Positions 38,210 through 47,173 of a stretch of DNA of 64,000 nucleotides are shown piece by piece. How positions within the stretch are numbered: position 1 is the first letter of the stretch; each line of letters opens with the position of its first letter. This DNA comes from an uncultured Clostridia bacterium (lineage in GTDB: Bacteria; Bacillota; Clostridia; Christensenellales; UBA1242). The DNA is taken from assembly GCA_947649575.1 (NCBI GenBank), contig CANSRZ010000003.1, forward strand, positions 35,996 through 99,995, written 5' to 3'. The notes below the pieces were generated by a model. That model was not told the DNA's origin and did not search any database. It saw only the letters and a list, made by a program, of their open reading frames with translations. Position numbers and translations under genes: made by a program.

Positions 38210-38995
38210 TTAATTTTGATTTGGTGTTTCTATATTCTTTTCAGTCTTTTCCCCAAACCGCAGCTTTATCTTGTTTTCAATCTTGTCTATAAGCTTTTCC
38301 AGCTTCCCGCCAAGATTGAATTTATTGCAAATAAAGAAAGTTATTTCTGCCAAGAAAACAGCAGAGATAAGGTCAACAATGTAATGCTGTTTTGTAAACT
38401 GAGTTGCAAGCAAGATAAGGATATCCATAATCAGTATGCCAACTCTGTTTACAAAAGAAATATTCTTTTGCCCACGCACAGAAATATAGCAAAAAGCACT
38501 TAACAAGCAATGTATGCTTGGAAAACAGCCAAATGGCACATAGCCACCGTCAAACATATAAAAATTGCCAATAAATTTATCTATTGGATTATCACTTGCA
38601 AGCATCTCGTCAATAGGTCTTGAAATCGTTGTTGGCATAAAGCAATAAATGATTGCAGTTATCAAAAAACTTATCATAACGGCAATAAACCAGTTACAAA
38701 AGCGTTTTCTGTTTTTTGCAGCAATGATTGGAGCAACAAACCAATAGGCATAAGACAAAAGATAAGGAATGAAGAAAATTTTCACAAGTGGAACTTTGTC
38801 ATCAAAGCCAACAATTGTGAAATCGTGAACTTTGAAATTTCTTGCAATCGGTCTTGTAAGCCAATAAACAATGCAGTCTACCAGAAGCACAATTGCGGTC
38901 AAAATCACTGCGTAGCCATATCGAGCAAGCCACGCTTTAAACTTATCTTTAAATGCCACTTTTTCTGTTGCGTTAACTTGATTATTTTGTTTCAA
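38210..38995 (-). CDS. PAP2-superfamily membrane protein (PAP2_C / inositol-phosphorylceramide-synthase-like type)
   Basis: About 6 TM segments. FPSIHCLLSAF (a PSxH motif) and TKQHYIVDLISA (HYxxD) correspond to the PAP2 C2/C3 motifs. Confidence 0.55.
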   Translation of the reverse strand: MKQNNQVNATEKVAFKDKFKAWLARYGYAVILTAIVLLVDCIVYWLTRPIARNFKVHDFTIVGFDDKVPLVKIFFIPYLLSYAYWFVAPIIAAKNRKRFCNWFIAVMISFLITAIIYCFMPTTISRPIDEMLASDNPIDKFIGNFYMFDGGYVPFGCFPSIHCLLSAFCYISVRGQKNISFVNRVGILIMDILILLATQFTKQHYIVDLISAVFLAEITFFICNKFNLGGKLEKLIDKIENKIKLRFGEKTEKNIETPNQN

Positions 38996-39755
38996 TTTTT
39001 TTCTCCCCTCTTTTGCTTTTATAATATTTAACTATTGTTGGAATATAGAACACAACATTAACTGCAACTATAACCAGAATATACAACAATATTATATACA
39101 CAGCATTTGGCATTGCGCGACTTACATTTTCAATTGGCGTTCCCCTGCCACCGTTTAGATAACAATAGTCCCAATTCCAAATTTTATCAACGATAAGCGC
39201 TGGAATAAACAAAATTGCAAGCGGAATAAAAAATCTGAAAGTATCTTTAATTTGCGGCTTATAATATCCTGTAAACCAAATCAAACAAGAAACAAACAAC
39301 ATCAAAAGATGATAAACAATTGTTCTTACGCCAACAAAACTCAAAACAGGATAATTATTAAGGTTATTATTCAAAATCAACCCCATAAGCCCTGCAAAAA
39401 TATTGAAAGTTGCAAGATAGGCATAACATGTTTGTTTTACTGCTTGTTTTTTGCTAAATACAGCAACATTAAGCACAATAAAGAAAAGACTGCAAAAATA
39501 TAATGGCAAAGTTGTTGAAAAATCAAAGGACTTTGTAACAACAAGTTCCCATATCCAATAAATCGGATCAAGAGTAAGTGCTATTATTGCACAAACAATC
39601 AGAATTTTCTCAACTTTTTTATGTTCAAGCTTTCTTAAGAAAAAGCATGCAATCAAAATTCCAACAAGTCCAAAAACTATTATCAAAATGTGTGCTAAAT
39701 TTAACATAGAATATTCGCCTTTAGGCATATATTCAAAAAATTTTGCCAAAATCAT
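38982..39755 (-). CDS. Integral membrane protein, tentatively of the YwaF/TIGR02206 type
   Basis: About 7 TM segments and a LPLYFCSL motif resembling the LPLHLC of the YwaF family. Overlaps the downstream PAP2 gene by 14 nt. Confidence 0.4.
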   Translation of the reverse strand: MILAKFFEYMPKGEYSMLNLAHILIIVFGLVGILIACFFLRKLEHKKVEKILIVCAIIALTLDPIYWIWELVVTKSFDFSTTLPLYFCSLFFIVLNVAVFSKKQAVKQTCYAYLATFNIFAGLMGLILNNNLNNYPVLSFVGVRTIVYHLLMLFVSCLIWFTGYYKPQIKDTFRFFIPLAILFIPALIVDKIWNWDYCYLNGGRGTPIENVSRAMPNAVYIILLYILVIVAVNVVFYIPTIVKYYKSKRGEKKIETK

Positions 39756-39808
39756 AAAATTACCTCTTATCTTTTGTTATTATAACTCTTTTTTATATAA
39801 CAATCAAG

Positions 39809-42040
39809 TTATTCTCCAAACAAGTCTTTAACTTTGCTATCTTCTTGCATAATAAGGTCTTTCAACATTGTATAACGTTGAACAGTGTGTTTGTTTTTCA
39901 CCATTTTTTTAAGATTTTCTGGCAAGCCGACAAGCACGACCATTTTTTTAGCACGGGTGACCGCTGTATATATAAGATTGCGCGTTAAAATAATCGGCGC
40001 GCCTGAGATTATTGGAATTATCACCACATCAAACTCAGAGCCCTGGCTTTTATGGATTGTGATTGCATAGGCAAGCGAAAGTTGTCCAAGGTCAGTTCTT
40101 GGATAAACACAATGACGCCCGTCCTCAAACACTACAAGAGTTTCTCCGTTTTGGAAATCGATTTTTTCAATAAATCCAATGTCTCCGTTAAAAACGCCCT
40201 CACCCTCCTCTTCAATAAAGCCATTAAGGCGCGTCCAAACAAGATTGTAATTATTTGACGTTTGCATAACCTTATCGCCAACTCTAAAAATTGTTTCGCC
40301 AACTTGAAATTCTTGCTTGTTTATGCTTGGCGGATTGATTTTCTCTTGCAAAGTTCTATTTAAGTTATCAATTCCGCAAACGCCCGCTTTGAGCGGTGCA
40401 AGCACTTGGATTTGCGTCGGGTCTAACCCTGTAAACTTTGGAAGTCTTTGGCAGACCATATTCACAACTGAATTTTTGATAGCGTCAAGCTCGGCACGTT
40501 CCTCAAAGAAGAAATCAGTTGAGGAATTGTCTATCACAGGCATGTGTCCGTCATTGATAAGGTGAGCGTTTGAAATGATAAGGCTGTTGTCTGCCTGTCG
40601 ATATATTTTTGTAAGCATACTGACAGTTATTTTCTCGCATGCAAGGATATCCGCGAGAACATTGCCTGCTCCCACGCTTGGAAGCTGGTCTTTATCGCCA
40701 ACTAAAATAAGTTTGCAATCTCTTGGAAGCGCTTTGCACAAACTGCTCATAAGCGCAACGTCCACCATTGAAACCTCGTCCACAATAACGCAATCAATAT
40801 CAAACGGATTTTTCTCATTGTGAACAAACTGACCAACGCCACCCTCGCCAACTTCAAGAGCGCGATGAATTGTTTTTGCTTCACAGCCTGTGGAGTCGCT
40901 CATTCGCTTTGACGCCCTACCTGTTGGCGCTAAAAGCATAAAGCCCTTTTTGTGTTGGCTGAGAATTTCGATAATACATTTGATAATTGTCGTCTTGCCT
41001 GTTCCTGGCCCGCCCGTGATAACAGAAACTCCACTGTTGATTGAATTTATAATCGCATTTTTTTGTTCTTCATGAAAAATTATCTTTTCGCGCTTTTCAA
41101 AATGAGCAATTTCATCTTCCAAATCAAGTTTCTCTTGAATTGTCGCATTATTCAACAAGCAAAGCTTTTTTGCAACAGTGCTTTCATAAAAATAATATTT
41201 GCTAAGCATAACAACTTCCATTTTGTCACGCCAAAAAATCATGCAAGTTTTATCAAGCGTCAAACTGTCAAGCGCTCTTAAATATAGTTCTTCACACTCA
41301 GTTAAGTCAAGTTCAAGCAAGCCCTCTGCCAAAGATAGCAAAAGCGCTTTTGGCAAAAAAGTATTGCCTGTTTTATCCACCTGAGAATTGATTGTATGCA
41401 AAAGTCCTGCTCTTATTCTGAACTGACTATTAACAGGAATGCCAATACTTTTTGCAATTCTGTCAGCAGTCAAAAAGCCAATGCCGTCAACGTCCTCCAC
41501 CAATCTATAAGGATTGTTTTTAACCACATCAACAGTTTTATCACCAAAGATTTCATAAATTTTAAGTGCTAAATTAGTTGAAATGTTATATTTTTGCAAA
41601 AACATCACAGAATTTTGCATTTTTTTAAGTTCTTTAAACTTTTCGCCAATTTCAAGCGCTTTTTTCATACTGATATTTTTTATCTCTGAAAGCGACGCTG
41701 GCGACATTTCTATTATATCAAAAGTGTCTTTGCCAAAATGCTTAACAATGTTCTGAGCAGTTACTGGCCCAACCCCTTTTATAAGCCCAGACGACAAATA
41801 CCTCTCTATTCCAGCAAGAGAGGTTGGCAAAATCACTTCATAACTAGTAAAGGAAAACTGATAGCCATATTTGGAATTATTGACATATTCGCCCTCAAGC
41901 GAGATATTTTCTCCCACATTTGCCGAAATCATTTTCCCGACAATTGTGACAGGAGTGTCGTTAAAATCAAGAATTCCAACAGTGTATCCGTTCTGCTCGT
42001 TCCTAAAAATTACTTCTTCTAAGACGCCTTGTATATGCAT
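39809..42040 (-). CDS. recD2: RecD2-type SF1B ATP-dependent DNA helicase (RecD/TraA family)
   Basis: N-terminal OB/HhH region, Walker A ITGGPGTGKTT, CVIVDEVSMVD, LILVGDKDQLPSVGAGN, and C-terminal AITIHKSQGSEF...YTAVTRAKK. Confidence 0.9.
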   Translation of the reverse strand: MHIQGVLEEVIFRNEQNGYTVGILDFNDTPVTIVGKMISANVGENISLEGEYVNNSKYGYQFSFTSYEVILPTSLAGIERYLSSGLIKGVGPVTAQNIVKHFGKDTFDIIEMSPASLSEIKNISMKKALEIGEKFKELKKMQNSVMFLQKYNISTNLALKIYEIFGDKTVDVVKNNPYRLVEDVDGIGFLTADRIAKSIGIPVNSQFRIRAGLLHTINSQVDKTGNTFLPKALLLSLAEGLLELDLTECEELYLRALDSLTLDKTCMIFWRDKMEVVMLSKYYFYESTVAKKLCLLNNATIQEKLDLEDEIAHFEKREKIIFHEEQKNAIINSINSGVSVITGGPGTGKTTIIKCIIEILSQHKKGFMLLAPTGRASKRMSDSTGCEAKTIHRALEVGEGGVGQFVHNEKNPFDIDCVIVDEVSMVDVALMSSLCKALPRDCKLILVGDKDQLPSVGAGNVLADILACEKITVSMLTKIYRQADNSLIISNAHLINDGHMPVIDNSSTDFFFEERAELDAIKNSVVNMVCQRLPKFTGLDPTQIQVLAPLKAGVCGIDNLNRTLQEKINPPSINKQEFQVGETIFRVGDKVMQTSNNYNLVWTRLNGFIEEEGEGVFNGDIGFIEKIDFQNGETLVVFEDGRHCVYPRTDLGQLSLAYAITIHKSQGSEFDVVIIPIISGAPIILTRNLIYTAVTRAKKMVVLVGLPENLKKMVKNKHTVQRYTMLKDLIMQEDSKVKDLFGE

Positions 42041-42125
42041 AGTTACATTTTAATACCTTTAAAGTAAAAAAATCAAGCAAAAACGCTTGCAAAAGTAAAA
42101 AATTTTTATTATACTATGTTTGATT

Positions 42126-42509
42126 ATGGATAACGTAGGAAAAATCTTAGAACTTGAAGCTCTAAGTGAAAACTTATTGAAAAGCAAATCAACCTCAGGA
42201 CTGCTCAGGTTGAAAGTTTTATATTTTGCTGAAATTTATAAAAATCTGTCTGTAAGTATGATTATTGAAAAACTTGGCATCAAAAAGTCCAATTTTGCGC
42301 TTATGACAACAGAACTTGCCAAAGAGGGCGTTATTGAAATTAAATCTACTGAAATCGACAGACGATGTCGTACTATTTGTTTAACACAAAAAGGCAAAGA
42401 GGAACTTGGAGCATACAAAAAACAAATAGAAGATAAACTTGGAGCAACCTCGCTGGAAGTTGAACGCTCTTTAAAAGTTTTAACAGACTATTTTAACAAA
42501 ATTGTATAG
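42126..42509 (+). CDS. MarR-family transcriptional regulator
   Basis: A ~127-aa winged HTH (SVSMIIEKLGIKKSNFALMTTELAKEGVIEIKSTEIDRRCRTICLTQKG). Confidence 0.75.
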   Translation: MDNVGKILELEALSENLLKSKSTSGLLRLKVLYFAEIYKNLSVSMIIEKLGIKKSNFALMTTELAKEGVIEIKSTEIDRRCRTICLTQKGKEELGAYKKQIEDKLGATSLEVERSLKVLTDYFNKIV

Positions 42510-42575
42510 CCCTTTGTGGCTATTTTTGTTTTTAAAACATATAAATTGATAAAAATAATTAAAAGGAATACAAAA

Positions 42576-43961
42576 ATGTTAAAATTATACAATTCACTCA
42601 CTCGACAAAAGGAAGAGTTTAAACCCGTTGAACAAGGCAAAGTTAAAATGTACACTTGCGGGCCAACCGTTTATCACTTTGCACATATCGGGAACTTGCG
42701 CAGCTATGTTATGGAAGATGTGCTTGAAAAAACTTTGAACTTTTTGGGCTATAAAGTTACACGTGCAATGAATATCACCGACGTAGGGCATCTCACTGGC
42801 GATGGCGACAGCGGAGAGGACAAAATGCTGCTTGGCGCTCAAAGAGAACACAAATCTGTTTTAGAGATTGCAAAATTCTATACTGACTGCTTTAAATCAG
42901 ATTGCGATAAGCTTAACATCAAGTGGCCAGAGATTGTTATTCCTGCAACCAGCTGCATAGACGAGTATATTAATATCATTTCCACCCTGCTTGACAAGGG
43001 CTACGCATATATCTCAGACGGCAATGTGTATTTTGACGTATCTAAACTTGAAAACTATTATTCGCTGACCAATCATAAATCTGATGACATGCTTGTAGGC
43101 GTGCGAGACGGCGTTGAGGAGGATAAGGGCAAGCGTAATCAAGCCGATTTTGCTTTATGGTTTACAAAATCTAAATTTGCTGAGCAAGAGCTTAAATGGA
43201 ACAGCCCTTGGGGGCTTGGTTATCCTGGCTGGCATATTGAATGCAGCGGGATTTCGCACAAATATCTTGGCGAATATCTTGATATTCACTGCGGCGGCGT
43301 TGATAACAAATTTCCTCATCATACAAACGAAATTGCACAAAGTGAAAGCTTTATAGGCCATAAATGGTGCAATTATTGGTTCCATGTTGAACATCTCAAC
43401 ACAGAAAGCGGCAAAATGAGCAAAAGCAAAGGTGAATTTTTAACAGTCTCGCTTTTACAGGAAAAAGGATACAACCCGCTTGTTTATAGATATTTCTTGT
43501 TAAAGTCACATTATCAAAATCCGCTTGTGTTCAGCTTTGACAGGCTTGACGGAGCAAAAGCCGAATATGACAAGCTTAAAGAAAAAATCTTATCACTCGA
43601 CGAGAATGGCGCTTTTGAGCAAGATATTTATGACAAATTTATTTCTCAATTCAAATCGGCGCTTGAAGACAATTTAAACACCTCGCTTGCAATCACAGTT
43701 TTATATGATGCCCTCAAAAGTCAAGCAAATAGCAACACAAAACGCAAGCTGATCGCAAAGTTTGACGATGTTTTAAGTCTTGACCTTTTAAAGCAGATTG
43801 AGCTTTCAATACCCGATGAAATCAAAGCGTTAGCCGAGCAGCGCTGGCAAGCAAAGCAAGCGCGTGACTGGGCAAAAGCTGACGAGCTTAGACAAATTCT
43901 TTCTGACAAGGGCTGGACTATAAAAGACAGCAAAGATAAATATGAAATTATAAAGAATTAA
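42576..43961 (+). CDS. cysS: Cysteinyl-tRNA synthetase
   Basis: Start at MLKLYNSLTRQKEEF. HIGH-type motif (HFAHIGN), KMSKS (GKMSKSKG), and the WPGWHIECS zinc site. Confidence 0.95.
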   Translation: MLKLYNSLTRQKEEFKPVEQGKVKMYTCGPTVYHFAHIGNLRSYVMEDVLEKTLNFLGYKVTRAMNITDVGHLTGDGDSGEDKMLLGAQREHKSVLEIAKFYTDCFKSDCDKLNIKWPEIVIPATSCIDEYINIISTLLDKGYAYISDGNVYFDVSKLENYYSLTNHKSDDMLVGVRDGVEEDKGKRNQADFALWFTKSKFAEQELKWNSPWGLGYPGWHIECSGISHKYLGEYLDIHCGGVDNKFPHHTNEIAQSESFIGHKWCNYWFHVEHLNTESGKMSKSKGEFLTVSLLQEKGYNPLVYRYFLLKSHYQNPLVFSFDRLDGAKAEYDKLKEKILSLDENGAFEQDIYDKFISQFKSALEDNLNTSLAITVLYDALKSQANSNTKRKLIAKFDDVLSLDLLKQIELSIPDEIKALAEQRWQAKQARDWAKADELRQILSDKGWTIKDSKDKYEIIKN

Positions 43962-43969
43962 TCAAAAAT

Positions 43970-44773
43970 ATGCAAAAAACACAAGAAAAAGTTGAAAAAA
44001 GCGAGAAAAAACGAATTTTTCTCAATCTAAAAAAGTTTTTCGTTAAGGCTGGCAACGCTAGCCTTAATCTTCTTTATCCGCAAAATATGAAATGTATGTT
44101 TTGTGGCAAAGATATCCCCGACTTTGAAAAGCAACCTTTCTGCGATGATTGCAAAAAGCAAGAGATATTCAATAATGGTCATCGTTGTAAATTTTGCGAA
44201 AATCCTTTGCACGACGAAAGTGATGTTTGTGAAAATTGCAAAAATAATCACAACCTATTCCAAAAAGCCTTTTGCCCATTTTTATACAATAACCTTACCC
44301 GCTCGCCAATCCTAAAATTTAAAAATGATTATGGCAAATATCTAACCCAAACTTTTGCAAAATATATTGTTGACGATATCAAAAAAGCCAACATAACAAT
44401 TGACCTAATCATCCCAGTACCACTGCATAAAAAGAAACGTAAAGCCCGCGGCTACAATCAAGCTGAGCTTTTGGCAAACGAGCTTGGCAAAGCATTGAAT
44501 GTCTCAGTTGATACTCAAAGCATATTAAAAATTAAACAAACAAAACAACAAAAGAAACTTGATTATAAACAACGCCAGAGCAATTTGTTTTCAACATTTT
44601 TGCTGACAACTAAAACAAATATCAAGGACAAAAATATCTTAATCGTTGATGACATAATGACAACTTGCGCCACCGTGAACGCCATTTCTGCTCTAATCAA
44701 AAAATATGTAAACAACATTTATGTTGCCACAATAGCCCGCCGCGACTTTAAAGACACAAAAACAAAAAAATAA
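43970..44773 (+). CDS. comFC: ComF-family protein (ComFC; double zinc ribbon plus phosphoribosyltransferase domain)
   Basis: CMFCGK...CDDC...CKFCENPL...CENC zinc ribbons, RGYNQAELLA, and the PRT motif ILIVDDIMTTCATV. Confidence 0.85.
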   Translation: MQKTQEKVEKSEKKRIFLNLKKFFVKAGNASLNLLYPQNMKCMFCGKDIPDFEKQPFCDDCKKQEIFNNGHRCKFCENPLHDESDVCENCKNNHNLFQKAFCPFLYNNLTRSPILKFKNDYGKYLTQTFAKYIVDDIKKANITIDLIIPVPLHKKKRKARGYNQAELLANELGKALNVSVDTQSILKIKQTKQQKKLDYKQRQSNLFSTFLLTTKTNIKDKNILIVDDIMTTCATVNAISALIKKYVNNIYVATIARRDFKDTKTKK

Positions 44774-44800
44774 AAAACGCCTTATTTTTAAGGTGTTTTT

Positions 44801-45007
44801 TTAATAATCTATTCGCCCCAAAATGTAATCAATGCTTTCATCAAAAAAGTTTGCGAGTTTTATTAAAGTTTCAAAATCGCATTCCCTTTTCCCATTCTCC
44901 CAATAAGATACAAGCCTTACGCTTACAAACATTGCATCCGCAAGTTGTTTGCGTGAAATACCTCTCTCCTCTCTTAACGCCTTGATTCTTGAAGCAAATT
45001 TATTCAT
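44801..45007 (-). CDS. XRE-family helix-turn-helix transcriptional regulator
   Basis: FASRIKALREERGISRKQLADAMFVSVRLVSYWENGKRECDFETLIKLANFF is a canonical Cro/C1 HTH. The protein is only 68-70 aa. Confidence 0.85.
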   Translation of the reverse strand: MNKFASRIKALREERGISRKQLADAMFVSVRLVSYWENGKRECDFETLIKLANFFDESIDYILGRIDY

Positions 45008-45018
45008 ATACAAATATT

Positions 45019-45069
45019 AGAACATTTTGTTCTTAAATGCTTGACTTGGAACAAAATGTTCCATATAAT
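45019..45069 (+). promoter_or_regulatory. Divergent control region: two GAACA-N5-TGTTC palindromes, one inside a TTGACT/TATAAT promoter
   Basis: AGAACATTTTGTTCT (45019-33) and GGAACAAAATGTTCC (45048-62). The second fills the 17-nt spacer between TTGACT (45041-46) and TATAAT (45064-69). Confidence 0.7.
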
Positions 45070-45117
45070 ATGTTATGAGGAAATATTTCTCAAATTATAC
45101 AAAAGGAGGTAAAATAT

Positions 45118-45435
45118 ATGTTTTGTCCAAAATGTGGTAAGGAAATTGAAGATGATGCTGCTATTTGCATTCATTGCGGACGCTCACTGGAAACAAAAAA
45201 AGAGGACAAGCCTGAATACAGAGAATCCAAAGCTGGTATTGGCGTTGTTATGGGTTTATTTCTTGGCTTAATCGGGCTTATCATTGGTCTTTGCCTGTAT
45301 CCAGCAGAAACAAATGCACGCAAAACATTCATCAAGGGCTGGGGAATAACCTTTGGTGTCTGTGCAGCAGTAGGCATTATATTGTTTATCATCATTTACG
45401 TTGTTGCACTCAGCACAATAACACCTTACATATAA
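45118..45435 (+). CDS. Zinc-ribbon domain membrane protein (2 TM)
   Basis: AAAAGGAGG RBS. MFCPKCGKEIEDDAAICIHCG zinc ribbon followed by two TM helices. Confidence 0.75.
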   Translation: MFCPKCGKEIEDDAAICIHCGRSLETKKEDKPEYRESKAGIGVVMGLFLGLIGLIIGLCLYPAETNARKTFIKGWGITFGVCAAVGIILFIIIYVVALSTITPYI

Positions 45436-45517
45436 CAAACTATAAAAGAAACGCACTTGCGTTTCTTTTTATCAATTAAACTATTGCTTTTTATCAAATC
45501 TGTGATATAATAAAAGT

Positions 45518-46492
45518 ATGAAAATTGATAATGCATTTGCTCAAAAATTAGATGAATTGTGTTTTCAACGCAAAGCACATGATTTTTATCATTCTATTCA
45601 GCCGTTTATGCATGCGATTAATGGGATATATAATCGCAATATCCACACGACCACTTTTGAGCCTGAAGAGGTTTATCTCAGTTTTAAAGATATGGAAAGG
45701 CTTGCACTGGCTTTTTATAAAGATTTTGATAATGAACTTTATTATAAATTAAAAGAGGTGTTGAATGACCCTTATACAATTTATGAAACTTATAAACCTA
45801 AGCCACAAGATAAGAATAACCCAAACAAAAACTCTTGTGGGATAAGATTTGGACACCCGCATATTGAACTTACTCCTGAAAACAATGTTTGCGGGCTTTT
45901 AGCCCCAGCACATGAATTTTCTCATGCACTTTCACAACGTATTCAAAAATTTATGAAGCAACGCACTGATTGCCTTGGCGAAATTGAAAGTAAATTTATT
46001 GAAAAGGTTTATCTTGACTTTTTGTTGGAGCATGATATCATTTCGCAAGAAGATTATAAAAATTGTCAAAATATAACTCGTCGTGACCTTGCACTTAATT
46101 GCGAACTCTTAATTCAAGAGAATGACATCCTTTCGCAAATCACTCCACCTATCACCAAAGATAAACTTGATAAGTTTTTGGAAGACAACAAAAACAATCC
46201 AAACATAAATAAATTGAAAGAACGCTTAGATGAAATGACTTTTGGTGACACAGAAAATATGTATGGAGAATATATTTTTCGTTATGTTGTAGGCGAAGCT
46301 GTTGCCGCTGCACTTTATGAAGATTATAAAAAAGAGCCAGCAGAGATCAAACAAAAATTTAAAGAGTTTTTACGCACAAACGCTGAAATATCAACTGAAG
46401 AAGCTCTTCAAATATTACTTGGCGAAAATGCAATGGCCAAAATCAATGATGTGTTTTTCCCGCAAGCTCAAAATTCTTTACAGCAAGAATAA
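45518..46492 (+). CDS. Putative zinc metallopeptidase (HEXXH), possibly distantly M3/PepF-like
   Basis: LLAPAHEFSHALSQ contains HEXXH; 324 aa; no signal peptide. The family assignment is weak. Confidence 0.4.
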   Translation: MKIDNAFAQKLDELCFQRKAHDFYHSIQPFMHAINGIYNRNIHTTTFEPEEVYLSFKDMERLALAFYKDFDNELYYKLKEVLNDPYTIYETYKPKPQDKNNPNKNSCGIRFGHPHIELTPENNVCGLLAPAHEFSHALSQRIQKFMKQRTDCLGEIESKFIEKVYLDFLLEHDIISQEDYKNCQNITRRDLALNCELLIQENDILSQITPPITKDKLDKFLEDNKNNPNINKLKERLDEMTFGDTENMYGEYIFRYVVGEAVAAALYEDYKKEPAEIKQKFKEFLRTNAEISTEEALQILLGENAMAKINDVFFPQAQNSLQQE

Positions 46493-46684
46493 AACAAAAG
46501 AAAATACTGCCTAAGTTGCAGTATTTTTGTATTTTGTAGTAGATTTTTCATATTTATTGTAATTTTTTTAATTTATTTGCAAAAAACACTTGACAAGAGC
46601 CTTTGCAATAAGTAAAATAAATATCGTGTCAATTAAAAGTAATTTAATTGCGTATCAAAAATCATATCTCCCTTTTTTTGATAT

Positions 46685-46759
46685 GGCCTCCTGGTCAATC
46701 GGTTAAGACATCGCCCTTTCACGGCGGAATGAGGGGTTCGACTCCCCTGGAGGCTACCA
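46685..46759 (+). tRNA. tRNA-Glu (anticodon UUC), CCA-encoded
   Basis: Manual fold: acceptor GGCCTCC/GGAGGCT, anticodon stem TCGCC/GGCGG, loop CTTTCAC, T-arm GGGGT-TCGACTC-CCCTG, then discriminator A plus CCA. Confidence 0.85.
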
Positions 46760-46934
46760 AAAATACTCGCTTTTGCGAGCATTTTTTATAGGTTTACAAC
46801 TTTGACGATAGTCAAAGGTTTGCGGAAGCAAACTGGGGAGGCGAACGGGCGAAATTGCAAAGGCAATAGTATTGCATTTGTCCGCCCCGGCATGATAGCG
46901 TCACGCTTACAAAGACATACCTGCAAAGCGGAGT

Positions 46935-46957
46935 GACTCCCCTGGAGGCTACCAAAA
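46935..46957 (+). repeat. Exact 23-nt copy of the 3' end of tRNA-Glu (46740-46762), 195 bp downstream
   Basis: GACTCCCCTGGAGGCTACCAAAA occurs at both positions. Each copy is followed by its own hairpin plus T-run (46766-46787 and 46956-46977). Confidence 0.9.
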
Positions 46958-46992
46958 GACCTAACTGGTCTTTTTTGTTTAAAGGAGAAATT

Positions 46993-47166
46993 ATGAATAA
47001 AAATCAATTTGACCAAACTGAAGACATACTTAAAACTTTACAAGCGCTTAGTGGCAAACTGGATAACCTTTCAACCAGTCAAAGAATAGATTACTTAAAA
47101 AGTTTAGGTTTTTCATTGGGCTATAAACAAGAAGACAATGATAAAATAGAGTTAGAGCATTCCTAA
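46993..47166 (+). CDS. Small hypothetical protein (57 aa)
   Basis: AAAGGAG RBS 6 nt upstream of the ATG. MNKNQFDQTEDILKTLQALSGKLDNLSTSQRIDYLKSLGFSLGYKQEDNDKIELEHS is helical and has no TM segment. Confidence 0.5.
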   Translation: MNKNQFDQTEDILKTLQALSGKLDNLSTSQRIDYLKSLGFSLGYKQEDNDKIELEHS

Positions 47167-47173
47167 CTCTTTT

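Noticed and set aside
37611-38503. ORFs 37611..37964 (-) and 37802..38503 (+), 117 and 233 aa
   Set aside because: These are antisense or alternative-frame shadows of rplL's Ala/Lys-rich sequence and of the PAP2 gene. They have no RBS, are low-complexity, and overlap confidently called genes.
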